A DNA stretch of 64,000 bases from Eutreptiella sp. 'Long Island Sound 2002' (Eukaryota; Protista; Euglenida). Shown here in pieces: positions 47,857-60,534 of this stretch. Numbering within the stretch: the first letter of the stretch is position 1; every line of letters starts with the position of its first letter. The position numbers and the translations under genes were made by a program. The DNA is taken from the NCBI GenBank assembly GCA_964036045.1, contig OZ038378.1, forward strand, positions 175,460,001 to 175,524,000, in the 5' to 3' direction. The notes under the pieces were generated by a model. It was not told where the DNA came from and did not search any database. It saw nothing but the letters and a program-made list of their open reading frames with translations.

Positions 47857-48385
47857 CTTGTGGGCCACTGCTGATTTTGTCCCCCGCTCACTGTGAAGCA
47901 TTGGGGACCTCCCCTAGACGGCAGGGGTTGTGTAGCCAATCTGCCCACTTGTGGGCCACTGCTGATTTTCTCCCTTGCTTTGAAGCGTTGGAGACCCCCC
48001 AATGGTAGGGGTTATGTAGCCAATCTGCCCACTTGTGGGCCACTGCTGATTTTCTCCCCCGCTTTGAAGCATTGGGGACCTCCCCTAGACGGCAGGGGTT
48101 GTGTAGCCAATCTGCCCACTTGTGGGCCACTGCTGATTTTCTCCCCTGATTTTCTCCCCTGCTTTGGAGCGTTTGGGACCCCCTAGACGCTAGGGGTTAT
48201 GTAGCCAATCTGCCCACTTGTGGGCCATTGCCGATTTTCTCCCCCGATCTAAAGCGTTGGGGATCCCCCAACGGCAGGGGTTACCAAGGCAATCTGCCCA
48301 CTTGTAGGCCACTCTGCTGATTTTCTCCCCCGCTCTGAAGCGTTGGGGACCCCGGTTATGTAGCCAATCTGCCCATTTGTGGGCC
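47857..48385. repeat. Tandem repeat of about 85 bp, about 6 copies
   Basis: CTTGTGGGCCA and variants restart at 47857, 47948, 48032, 48119, 48217, 48301, 48376. Confidence 0.9.
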
Positions 48386-48399
48386 AGTGCGCTAGGTGT

Positions 48400-48840
48400 G
48401 CCTTTGAAGAATGCAGGCAGAACACACAAAACTCATTTGAAGAACACAAGAAGAACACACAAAGCGCATGGAAGAATGCAAGAAGACCACACCAAACCCC
48501 GGGAACAATGTAGGAAGAACACACAAAACCCATGGAAGAACACAAGAAGAAGGCACAAAACCTATGATAAAACTCAGGGATAACACACAAAACCCATGGA
48601 AGAACATACAAAAAGCACACCAAAGCCATGGAAGAACGCAAAAAGAAGGCACAAAACCCATGGAAGAATGTAGGAAGAACATACAACACCCGGGGAAGAA
48701 TGCAAGAAAAGCACACAAAACCCATGGAAGAACGCAGGCAGAGCACACAAAACCTATGGCAGAATGCAAGAAGAACACACAAAATCTATGGACGAACGCG
48801 AGAAGAACACACAAGGCCCATGGAAGAACGGAGGAAGACA
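48400..48840. repeat. Degenerate A-rich tandem repeat of about 33 bp
   Basis: Recurring CACAAAACCCATGGAAGAA. Confidence 0.85.
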
Positions 48841-51800
48841 TGTGGCCGCAAGGCATACCTTGATGCTTGTTGATGCTGTTTTATCAAACACCCTGAACAG
48901 ACCAGCACGTCAAACCATTACGGACCGTGGCATAGCCATGATTTGACTCCCCGATAGGGGCCACTCTTAGGACTGGCGGATGAAAAAAAGAAGGCAGCAA
49001 ATCTTTGGGGTAGTGTTCATGGTACACAACAACGCACAGCGGTATGGCTCGTATTGCCCAAAACAGTCAAAAAAGTTGCATTTTGTTGCCATTCTTGATA
49101 GTGCTTAGAACCCACCATCCCATCTTGCCGTAGCCATACTTGGGTGCCACTGTTGAGCTTTTTGCTCAAAAAATTTGCATGAACTTCACATGTCAAAGTA
49201 TCATGCACCAAAATTGGACCACTTGGTCTGAGGCATGACGGTTTCCACCTTTCTAAGTGGTTGCTTATGTTGCTGATGTTGTTGTTGATGCTACCTCCTA
49301 AAAAGGGGGTTCCACCCTACATCCTCAACATGAGGAGGAGTACTAGAACCATATCTAAAAGTTATGCAAAAAAACTTTAGTTTTGCCACAGTAAAAACAG
49401 CCATAGGTAAGGACAACTTTAGGGGGAGGCAGACAGGTCTCCGCCGAGGATGGGTACGGTTAGGGTTCTGCTTTAATTTTCATTTCGGTTGGGGGGGGAC
49501 TCCTTCCCCCCGGACCCCCTCTCCCCCTCCCCACCTCACTCTATATCATGTCAGAATCAGGGTTGTGGGAACTTTTTTTTCGTTTGGGCCAATTTTTTCT
49601 CTCCTATGCCTTCGGCGCACCTATAGCAGGGTTCTTTGGTCATTCCGCTCATATCACTTCTTCCTTGTGTTGCAGATATCATGTTGCAGCGTCCCATAAG
49701 TATGTTCTTTGGCACCCTGGTCCAACCGTGCCCCCGTGCAAAACGCAACGACGTAAGAGCCGCGATCATCTATTTTCGCTTTCGAGGTAGATGGAGTTGG
49801 AAGAAAATGCAAGAGGCATACAATGCTGCACAGAAAGCATGTTCCACACTTTTTCTAAACACTCGAATGGCAACTTAGATTCTTTTACTTCCTCTTTCAC
49901 TGCAACAAAGGATGACAATGGTGAGTCTAGCTCAGGTGAATTCAACTCTAATTGATCTTTGACCAAGAATTCGACGACAATGAGCATTTCTCTGCATTGC
50001 CTATTTGTGTTGTGTGGTGGTGTTTGGGTGAGGGCACAAGGTATGGACCCAAAAAGATGACAAACCACATGTGCCTCGCAAGCTGGCAACCTCACGCTTT
50101 CTCCTCGTGGACGAGGAAGATGTGTGTTGCCTCCAAGCGCCGCTCTTCACAACTCCATTGACTGTTCAACTGTCCCCATATACACAGTCAGGCAGCTGTT
50201 CACAGTATGCAGCAGACCATGAGACCACACCGGTTGCACATACGCCTAGCCATGTCGTCACGCCGCGCCGATGGTAGTGTGGAAGTCATTAGGTTTAGAA
50301 CCAATGTCAGACTCATACAAGCCTTCGCCGCTACATTTGAGAGCAAGCAAGCTACCCGACCCGGTTGTGGGCGAGCCCCCGGTGGATTGGATCCTCTTTA
50401 ATGATGAATGTGATTATAGCACGGATGTCAATGATGATGTTAGGGGAGGCCCATCCGCAAGTAGAAGAAGGGCAAACACAGCAAGTAGGTACACAGGATA
50501 GGGAGCCACAATCCAGCATTCGACAGTGTTGTACATACATAACAAACTAGGGGCCTTGGTTGGCCGAATGAGAGCCGAACCCCTCAGATGTACCACGGAC
50601 AACATGCACATTGGATGCACTTGAGAACTTTGTGTGGCGTCGATCCCAGCTTGAGGGGCTGGAGTAGCCGGAAAAACCTCATGATTCGGCCAAAAAGATG
50701 AGTTGCATTGCCGGTCTTCAGACATTATGGCAAATGTATATGCTATAAGGGTCAGTGTGGTACATTTTTGAAGGTCCTTTTGAATATTGCATTTTGGCAG
50801 GGAGGGGGGGGGGCTCCGCCATGGACCCCCTACCCTAGACCCCCCCTCCCCCCCTCCGCTCAGGCAACACCCTAGGTTACGGTACAGACTGCCATGGGGG
50901 TGCGTCGGGATTGCATCCCCCATGACTCCCTCATTTTTACCTAGTTGATGATCCTTTAGTGCTGCCAATCAGCCGTCAATTTGTACAAACGCACGCACGC
51001 AGCCTACGCACACCACAATTCACTCATTGTCTAGCACCAACAAAATAGGCACCGGATGCCTACGCGTAGAGCCGTGGGAATTGGCTCCATCATGCTCTTC
51101 TTGAGCCAAAGAAACAAACTCATTGCACGTAAGTTTCGCCATTTGCGTCGTTCTTGCTTGCCGGGGAGGGACCGAGCTTTTGTGTTTCGGAGGTGTGAAA
51201 CCTGGAACCTTTGTGGGAGGGGGGGGGGGTATCGAGAGTACGTTATTGCGCCAAGCACGTGCCGGGCGCGTCAAGAAAAGTTTCCCCTTGTTTCCCCCCC
51301 GGCGGTCCCCTTTTTTCCCATGTTTTCTTCCCGTGTTGGGGACCCACGAGAAGGCAGGGTTGATGGCACACGCATGTGATTTTGTCATTTTTGAGTGTAT
51401 TCTTACTCATTTGCCCGGTTTCATTCATGTATGAACCTGTTTGTGCATATACAATTCTGTGTTATGCTCAATGTATTTTGGGCTGATGAGGCCACACTTT
51501 GGTGGCGAAATGCATATCTTCCTTATAGAGTTGACGCTCAGAGTGACAATCAAGCCCATGATCATTTGGCTGAGGCTGCCTTTGCATTTGCATTTGCTTT
51601 GTTGGTACTCACGGAGGCACAACTTGTGTTGAAGCAAGTCGAAGCATTTTATTCAAAAACGCTGGCCCCCGAGACGGCAGGGGTCGGGTAGCTGGGGCTG
51701 GAGGGGGGTATTGATGTTTGGGGGTATTGGGATAGATGGCCGGAACATTGATTTGGATGCTTGGTGCGCGCCGGGTGCGTGGTGGGCAAACATACTCTCA

Positions 51801-52648
51801 ACACCAGCAAAATCATACACCCGCCAGGCATGTATGGTCAGTGGAAGCCATCCCACAGAGACCATGTGCTAAACTTCTCATCTGTAAGTGACCTCGCAGG
51901 ATAGGGGAATGCCGAGGAAAGCTGCACAAAGGGGCAAGATCACGTTGGGTTGTGGTGCAGGCCATGATCCACCATGGTCTTGAGGATGACCTGGATGGCC
52001 AGTGCTTGTGGGTGGAGAAAATTTCGGAAAATTCCACCAACCTTGCTTGGGGTAAACATGGGGCGGCCCTCCGCTAGGGATGCAGTGGAAGGGGGGGAGG
52101 TAGCCCCCCCACCCCCCACCCTCCCGGGCGGGGGTGGTTCCTGTTTGTCAGATGAATCTGCAGGAGGGGGGCTGAGCCGTGATCTATCCTCACCCTAATG
52201 CCCGAGGTTGTCGTGAGGCTTGTCTAACCGGCGCTGAGGGTGGGGATGAGCTGACCAACCAGCCCAAGAGACATTCGATAAAGGCGGTGCAGCAGTGAAC
52301 TCAAGGCAAGATTTGGTACTGGTTTGGAGCGATGATCGTACCTCGGGGGGTATGCCTGTGACCCGGGGATATACGTTACCTAAGTATCCGGAGCTTCATC
52401 CCCCCCCCCCCCCAGGGAACGTTTATAAGGAATTAAGTTAACTGGGGGGGGGGGTCCTGGGTGGGTACCCCAGCCTGGGTGGGTGGGTGAAAAGTCTGGG
52501 ACCCTCCCCCCTCTTAGAATTGTACTCTGGGTGGGTGGGTGTGTCGTCTAGGACCCCCCGTTTAATGTTAGTGTGCAGGCTGATGGCGCTTTTTTTTCGA
52601 TTTCAAAGGTGCTCAATAAGCTGGACGGGAGGATAATGCAACAGACCT

Positions 52649-52715
52649 GGCAGTTAGCACAATGGTAATGCAGAAGTGTGCTATGTGACAGGTCTGCGGT
52701 TCAATTCCCGAAAAT
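52649..52715 (+). pseudogene. tRNA-derived sequence
   Basis: TAGCACAATGGT A-box and GGTTCAATTCCC B-box; stems do not pair. Confidence 0.5.
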
Positions 52716-53017
52716 GATAACATTTTTTAGCTCCGCTTTTTTTGCAAGGTTGGGAGCAGCAGTGACATGCATTTTGTCATGCCATTGGTCGCTTTGTGTG
52801 TACCTGCAGACCTGTGTATCTGCAGACCTCATTCTTTAGTTTTGTTGCTATGCAGCAGCTTGGGAAGTACCGCTGTGGTTGTGGAGTACTCATATCCAAT
52901 GTGGGAAAGGCTGAACGTGAGCACTGCAAAAGTGACAGACACCAAAAATGGTTGAAAAGCCAGCAAACTACAAAGACCCTGTCAGCATTTTTTGTGAAGC
53001 AGCAGAACCCTGTGGGC

Positions 53018-53110
53018 AGCAGCAGCAGCAGTAGCAGTACAAACACCAGCAACAACTGCAACACCAACAGCAGCAGCAGCAATGCCAACAGCAGCAGTGG
53101 CAGCATCACC
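53018..53110. repeat. CAG/CAA-type trinucleotide tract
   Basis: GCAGCAGCAGCAGTAGCAGT...AACAGCAGCAGCAGC. Confidence 0.8.
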
Positions 53111-53299
53111 TCAGGTGGGGCTGGGGAGCCGTTCAGCCCCGGGATAGTGCCTCAACCCCCCCCTCAAATGTTTATAAGAAGGGGGGGGGTCTGGGTGGGT
53201 TGCTTGGTTTTGGGTGGGTGGGTGCCTCAAAACCCCAAAACCCCCCAGCCCCTTATAAACGTTCCCTGCCCCCCCCCCCCTCCTGGGCGCCCAGTCTAT

Positions 53300-53447
53300 G
53301 CCCAGCCACTGTCCCCCTGACGGCAAGCGCCAGCTTCCATGGCACTTGTAACCGGCAGTAACCACCCCAACCGCTTTGGCAACCTTGTCTAAGCTCCCCT
53401 AGGACCGCCTCTGAGGTCCCTTCTGATGCATCCCTGCCCTCCGCCAA
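53300..53447 (-). repeat. Dispersed repeat family member (related copy near 8660-8760, + strand)
   Basis: Shared GCGGTT...GTTACTG...GCGGTT(G/A)CAA.TGC...CAGTGGCTGGG motif string. Confidence 0.55.
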
Positions 53448-53975
53448 TCAAGTTTATGGAGAGTGCCACATGATGCTGCATTTGGCCTTTTGCATTTGTT
53501 GGGGGGGTTAGGCACTCAAATGGGTCGGTAACAGGCCCGGACACATGCGCAACACAGTGCTTTAGCGTAGCTGAGTCCATTTTGCACCATATTGTTGTTT
53601 TTTGGGGTGCCAGATTCACCGCCAGTGTGCCCATCTGAGGACGTGGAGATGCAGTTACTCATGGAATGCCTGCCAAGGCATAAGCCCAGAAGGAAACATC
53701 GCTGTTCTCCCCGATTTATGGGGGTCCTGGGTGGGCCCTACTTTTGCCCAAGCTGGGTGCATTGCACCCGGACAGCCACCGGCCCAAAAAGCAGCAGCCA
53801 TGCCACATACTTTGTGTGTTGACGCGGGAGCTTGCAGCCAACCTAAGATGAGTTGACAGCAACACCCTTGGAAGACCGCAAGAAGAACACACGGCACATG
53901 CCAGGCAAACGCTCCCTTGATGTCCCAGGGGAAAGTGTGAAGATTGTGGTTCACACTCCTTTGCAGCTTTGTCAT

Positions 53976-54404
53976 ATGTATGGATCTGTGTTTGGCGCCG
54001 CCTATGAACTGAGATCAGCACCGGAGTGGCGTGACAAAGAGGGTGAGGAGGATTCCTTGTTGCAGGATGCACCACAGTGGCCGCCCTCATGGCTGTCAGG
54101 CTGGCGAATTGCCTCATGGGTGCAGGACTGGCAGACCCCTTCTTGGGTGCAAAACTGGCAGACCCCTCTGTGGCTGCAGGACTGGCAGCTCCCCTCGTGG
54201 GTGCCCCGATGCCCCGGCATCGATGAACTTGGTCTGCCCCCGGCGTGGGTTGTTGCACTCGATGCCCTGCCCCCTGTGACCTGGCGCACGAAGGTGCTGG
54301 TGCCAACTGCTGCTGTGCTATTTCTTATCTTGATCCTCGTGCATGACGGCACTGGTGTTGTGGACGATGATCCCGATGAGGACCCGTGGATCACCCATTT
54401 TCGG
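53976..54404 (+). CDS. Putative first exon of the thaumatin-like gene (W-rich 9-aa repeats and a TM helix)
   Basis: TTTGCAG just upstream of the ATG, open frame, donor GTATGC at 54405, phase-0 join to the acceptor at 55210; hydrophobic VLVPTAAVLFLILILVH. Confidence 0.4.
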
Positions 54405-55210
54405 GTATGCCCTGGCCTCTGCTTGGCGGGTCCTCTTCAGAGCAGAGGTTTTGCACTCCCGTCCAACCACTCACAGGTTTTCTACGCCCACTGCTTTGCT
54501 GGTGCTTCCGGCACCAAGTTTGCAACGAGGTGGGAGCGGACCTGTTTGGTGCTTCACGGATAGTCCGGGTGCCGCCCTCCGTCTGTTGTGGGTTGGGCCG
54601 TCCTTGCATCAGCGCCCCCGCCCCCGTCTTCCTGCCCCGGCCCCTACTGCTACTGGTGCGAGACCTCCGGAGCACCACTTCAGCTGCACTGCAGCAACCT
54701 CGAATCTCTTCCCCCAAAAGCTGTCATCTTTTCTCCCAGGGGTGGACATGCCCCATGCAGCACTCTTCTGCGTGATGGATAGTGTTTTGTGCGGTGGGTA
54801 GCAGTGCTCGTTTCTTCTACAGCTAACAGCACCTGTAGTTTACAGAGGAGGGGGCAAGGAGGTTGAGGTTCGGGGCTCGACAGGGCAGTAGGCTGAAAGG
54901 GGGTTTCACCACTGGTTGCAAAAGCAGCCCCCAGTAGTTGGAAAAGCGGTAAAGAGATAAAGTCTCTTACACTGACCGTTGCAAAACGGTGAGTGGGCTG
55001 TTGAGGGCGAATGGAAACGGTCGGGGCTGAACGAACTATCAGCCTGAAGCCGAAGCCAACCCCCCTTCCCCTCGGTGGACGGTTGTGCCGTAGTTGGGTG
55101 TTCGATGTAAGGCATGCCACATTTCTTGCTGTGTCCAGGAAAGCCTGTGCCCGGAGAACGAGCTTCACATTGCAGGCAGCTGCCATGAACGGACCCCGTT
55201 TTTGGAGCAG

Positions 55211-55391
55211 CCCACAGATCGGGCCTTTGTGATAGAGAATGAAGCACCGTTCACGGTGTGGGTGGCCATCATTGGGCCTGGGAACTGGAACGAGCGGCCG
55301 CACCTCACGGGATTCGAGCTGGAGCCCGGGAGCTGGAGGGTGGTCCCACTGCCCGAAGGCTTAGCCTCAATCCGCATCTGGGGGCGCACAG
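55211..55391 (+). CDS. Thaumatin-like protein exon
   Basis: AFVIENEAPFTVWVA...GFELEPG...IRIWGRT(G); donor GTCTGC; acceptor at 55210 or 55217. Confidence 0.85.
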
Positions 55392-58204
55392 GTCTGCCTG
55401 CGTACTGTATACGGAGGGGTGGGTTGAGGGAGTGTGTGGTCAGTTTGGCCAGGGACCAGTATGGCTGTGGCCACCTTCGGCAGACTGGGCAGCTTGTGGA
55501 ACATTCTGTTTGAATGCCTGTTTGTGGACAGATGGGGATCTCACTGGAGCACCTGACGCAGCGCGCGTGCGGCGCAGAGTTTTAGCCATTTGGCCCGACC
55601 AAGCAGCTGTAGATTAACTGGTGGCTAGGCCGGGAGAGCTATAATTTCCCCCTGCTATTTGGACAGGGGTAGGAAAAGTCGACAATCCAGCAGGGAGACC
55701 CCAAACCAGGGTGGTGGTTGCTCCCAAATGGCCATGCTCACTTTGAAAGGGAAAGGCGCCAGATAGGGCAAGACGGAGGGATGTTTACACCGGTGTTGTG
55801 TTTGCTCTCCTTAGGTGGCATTTTGGGATGGGGTAAAAGCCAACCCATTCCAGGTCAGCTCCCCATAAAAGTAGCGCTCGGCGCAGATACTCCCCCATGT
55901 TCAGGCAGGGCCATATTTACCCGTCACTAGTTCTGAGCTGAATGTTGGACTCATTGTCAGTCCCAATCCACTGCAGCTTTGTGCAGCAATGGGGTGCACT
56001 GCGGGGCAGATTGTTGTTATGAGCAGCAACGACTCTCACAGCCATGACCCAGTCCTTCTTTCCGAACCACATTGCCTTCTAATGTTACATTCTCAACCGC
56101 ATCACCTGTGCTCACAAAAGGAATACTCAGGTGGGGCTGCCGTGCTGAGACAATACCATGCTTGCATGCATGCATCCGTGTGGATGTCTGAAGCAGTAGC
56201 CTGCACCCCCCCCCCCCCCCCACCCACCGATTGAGGCCCCCCCCCACCACCGAGGCTCCAAACTTTGCAGTCATGGGAGCAACTGCATGTGGCGGTGCCG
56301 GCACAGGAACGGGCTGAGGTGCTTTACATCGTGTGGTGGTAAGGCCGCAGTGACGGACCATTGCTGCCAAGGCCCACGGCAAGTGACCATGGCTTGAAAG
56401 TGCGACAGTGGGATGAGGTACTGGTAGGTTGAATGCTGCAGCTTCAATGGGTCCAGGGTGGTAACAAACCCTGCTAGCAGTAGAGCCATGAACAACAGCC
56501 TATGCTGTGGTACTGGGCCGTGCGACCAGCCTCTGGCTAAATGGCCTCTGGCTAAATAAATAAATGTGGCCGAGGTGTTCCATAAAGGGTATGTCACCCT
56601 GGGACCCCAGCTTGGCCTACGAATTCAAAACCTCTTTTTCATTTATTTTGCGCTGATTTCACCAAATCCATTCCCGGTCAGAACGGAGACAGTTTTACAT
56701 GTTGCTCCTCACGCATGTGATGGCAAAATCAGGTCCACGGTTCTAGTGCTTTGTCTTGAGGGCAGGTTGTGATCAGAAGTGGGGGAGCGAAAGAGCGCTT
56801 TTGTATGTCAGAGTGGAATGTTGTATCCATTACCAATCAAGGTACTATTGGGGGCCAGTCATGTTACCAATCCAGTGGTCAGCGTGCATCACCACCGAAG
56901 GCAGCTCACTCAGGGGCAGCGAGATGGTCCTCTGCCCAAAATGGTTTTGGGGCTTTCTCCACCTAGTGGCCTCTGACTGGCCCTCTTCTCAGTGGCAGTT
57001 GGACAGTCCACCGCTTATTCCCCATACCCGGTAAAATGAGTAGTTTCCCTGTTGTGGCAGCAAGACTCTCCACTCTCCATCACCTAATGGCAGCAGGATG
57101 ATCCCTGTGCGGGTGCACTACATGCAGGGGGCTCTACCGGTCCAAGGACGTGGGCCTGGAGGGGGGGCCGTGTCATAGCCGAGCTCCCCCTGCCTTTTTG
57201 GTGCACGCCAATGCTCAGTGGTGGATGCAGCAGCTTTGCATGCAGTGCTGCATGATGAGGAAACCCCAACCCCGTTCTCCATCTAGGGACTATTGGGACG
57301 GCTATTGGGCATTGCTGTGCATGCCTTGCACGCTGCTAGGTGTCGTGCACCACATGGGGTGTTAGCCTTCATCGTTTCCATGGTCGCATTGTGGCATGCT
57401 TCCTTATTTAGGACAGGGGCCAGCCCAGGGTTCGCCTTGGGTGAAAACACCCTCCTTCCCGCACTGTGTGTGCTCGGCACTGTATGCCCAGCTTCCTTTT
57501 GCCCATAACGTCCATTTGCCCACATGTTGGCTCACAGCATGCACACCCCACCAGTGGCATTTTGGTGGCTGTTGTGGGTTGGTGGCCACACCTGCTGTCA
57601 CCTCACTAACTTGTCAACGGCATAGGTGTCTCATCCGCAAGGCCTGGCCTGCTCACAGGGGGTTTGCACCTCTAGTCCGCCCTTGGATGCCTGAGCTGGA
57701 GGGTGGCGCCAAGGGAGAGAGAAGGGAGAGGGGAGGAGGAAAGGGAGATGGATAGAGACAGATGGACCTGCAATTTGCTGCCTCTTAGTGCACACTGACA
57801 TGCATGACCTTCGGGAAAACACTTGTGCCAGAAGCCTTTTTTTTTCCTCCTTAAGGGCTGCTCTGCCATGCACTTATAAAGAGCTAGTAGGACTTGAGCA
57901 CATGATAGGAAGCCAGTGGGTGGTGAGGTTCTGAGTGGCACCCCACACCCCACCCCCTTAATGCAGCCTCTATGGCACCCCCCACAAGCAGGGCCTGTCA
58001 TGGGTCAGGTGTGAAGGCATGGATGAGTATGAGGTGCCCATGGCAACCCCCCCAGCCTTCGCCCTAATCCATCGTCTGATAAATCGTCAGAGCAGGCAAG
58101 TGCACCTCCACATGAAGCACCTTTTTGAGGTTCCTCAGGTCACTCGACGTCCCGTGTCCCAGCAAGCCATTGTTGCCGCATGTGGCATTTGATTCTGTCT
58201 TCAG

Positions 58205-58470
58205 GCTGTCGGTGGCAGTCTGGAACGATCTCCCGGGACGGACGTGACATCCCGTTGGAAAAATTCGTGTGTGATACTGGGGATTGCGGTGCGGCTGAGA
58301 ATAATTATGGGATGCAGTGCATGCGGATTGCGGGGCAGCCGCCTGCCACCTTAGCGGAGTTCACGCTGCAGGAGCAAGGCAACGACTTCTACGACTTGAG
58401 CAACGTGGATGGTTATAATGTGGGCATGCACATTGCGCCCATCGGTCGATACTATGCAGCAGTGGGAGAG
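58205..58470 (+). CDS. Thaumatin-like protein exon
   Basis: GC...CDTGDCG...QPPATLAEFTL...DFYDLSNVDGYNVGM. Confidence 0.9.
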
Positions 58471-60346
58471 GTGATGTGCCTGATTTGTGATTGGGGGTAG
58501 GAAATCTGCATGCTGTCTGAACAATGCAACAAAAAAGTTCTCCTGCTGAGCAGGAGTGACTGGACTGTGCCGTGCTGCAGCGTAGTGTAATGTATCAGAA
58601 GCATTCACCCTTATCAAATCACCTTGAAGAAGGTTGTCAGATCAAGCGCAGCCGCGAGCACCATGTACCCCGCCTGCCCCCTTTGGGGGTTATTCGTGCA
58701 GCATTCCCCTATGTATGATGTCGAATGTCTAAACTCTTTTAAAATCATCAGTTTGGGAGACAACATTATTCCCCAATGAATTTTCTGATTTCGACCCCTC
58801 AGTCCCCCCATGCCTGGGTACCGCTTTTTGGGGGTTGATAGTGGTATGCGGGGGTGGAGGGGTTGGGCCAGCTCAGCGGGTGACGGCCATCGTTGTTCAT
58901 TGCTTCATTGTTTAACAGAGGGTACATGCAGCTTGTCCTCTTTAGCTGTGAGGCTCTTCAGCACTCTGAACAGTGAAGCATTGTGCAGCTAACTGTCCTC
59001 CACAAGTTGGTCCATTGGCAAGATTGTATCAGTTCCACGCCTTTCAAATATTGAAATATTCAAATATTTTTTTATGTGGCTGCATTTTGGCAAGGACATT
59101 GAGGAATAGTATTTGACCCAAGGCTGCCCTTGCCACTTGATTTCATGCATGGCAGAATTGACAACTGTGCTCAACTGAATGTGCCCACCAAGACACTTCA
59201 AGCCAGGTGGTTGCACCGCACTGGGAAACGGTTAAGATTGCATGGTTTACAATCTAGTGGCCGCGGCAAATCACACCTACATGCACCTATGCTCATGTAA
59301 ATCTGCATTCTCTTCTGTTTGGTGCATTCACTGAAATGGTCAAGTTCAACTGCAAAATGGCTAAATCTGAGCACAACACAACAGAACAGAGCACAACACG
59401 CAGAACCATGCAATCACCTCTTAGGACACTACAAGGACAGCAATCGGTCCGTCTTCAAGTTGCTTGAAGGCAATAGAATTCAATATGGTTTATTCTCTTG
59501 TACCATCGCTTGTCTTTTGATATTCTTTACTTTGCGTTGTCGTATGATATTGCCAGTATACACGTATGTTATATCATGTGTGTGTGTGTGCGCACGTGTG
59601 CGCCGTGTATCAAATTCGTGGGGCATGGCACCGGGGCATGGGATAGGGATGCATATAACTGTGTAACTGTGGACACTTTCCCATTGTCACAATATCCATC
59701 ACAGCATAAAGACTAATGGTGTTTTGGAGCAGAATTGTTTTTCTCCAAGCACGGTTGTTGAGACGAACAGGTGCTTCATAAAAACTTTTCACTCAGTGTT
59801 GCGTGGCTGTTGAATGAAATTTCTGCATTCATTACTACGCCACTGCAAAGGTGATGATATAATAATTATACAATGTTAGTAATATAACAATTTGCTGAGA
59901 CCAACTAGTCATGATACAATACAACTGCTACGGTGCGATACAGTATGGTCAGTCCTGCTCAGCAGCAGAAGACCATGTATGTGTATGCTTTAATCAATAT
60001 GAAACACTTATGCAAAAACAAATCCAATACTGCACAGGTTGTACAGAGGGGCTAAAGGGAGCGAACAAGGCGTGCACACCTGGACATCAGGCGAGCCTGC
60101 ATCTAGAGCAAAGCCTTCTGGAACAGTAAATGTAGCCCGGATTGAGGCATTGGGCCCAATTACTTTGCACCCCCATGACAGGCAACAGCCGGGCAAAATG
60201 CTTGGCCAAATTCCAAAAGCAGGTCTGACAGCGTTCCCATCACCGGACAAACCCTGCGCCTTTGGGGATGAGACGACAGGCTTTGCTTTGCTTTGGTTTG
60301 CCATTGTATGCCACATGTCATTCCGGCGGCTCCTTCGGTGCCACAG

Positions 60347-60534
60347 GTCGATGAGGATTACAATTGTGGGGCCCCCAAGTGCCTCATGAACACTGCTAAA
60401 TGCCCTCCAGAGCTTCAGATGAAGGACTCCAATGGCTATACGCACTGCCTCAGCATTTGTCAGGCCATCTACCGAGAAGCACAGCGGGACAAGTTCGCGC
60501 ATTTGCAGGATTTATGGGAGGGGACTTCCGGCAG
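60347..60534 (+). CDS. Thaumatin-like protein exon
   Basis: VDEDYNCGAPKCLMNTAKCPPELQ...CLSICQ; phase-0 join to 58470; downstream exon(s) not found. Confidence 0.82.
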
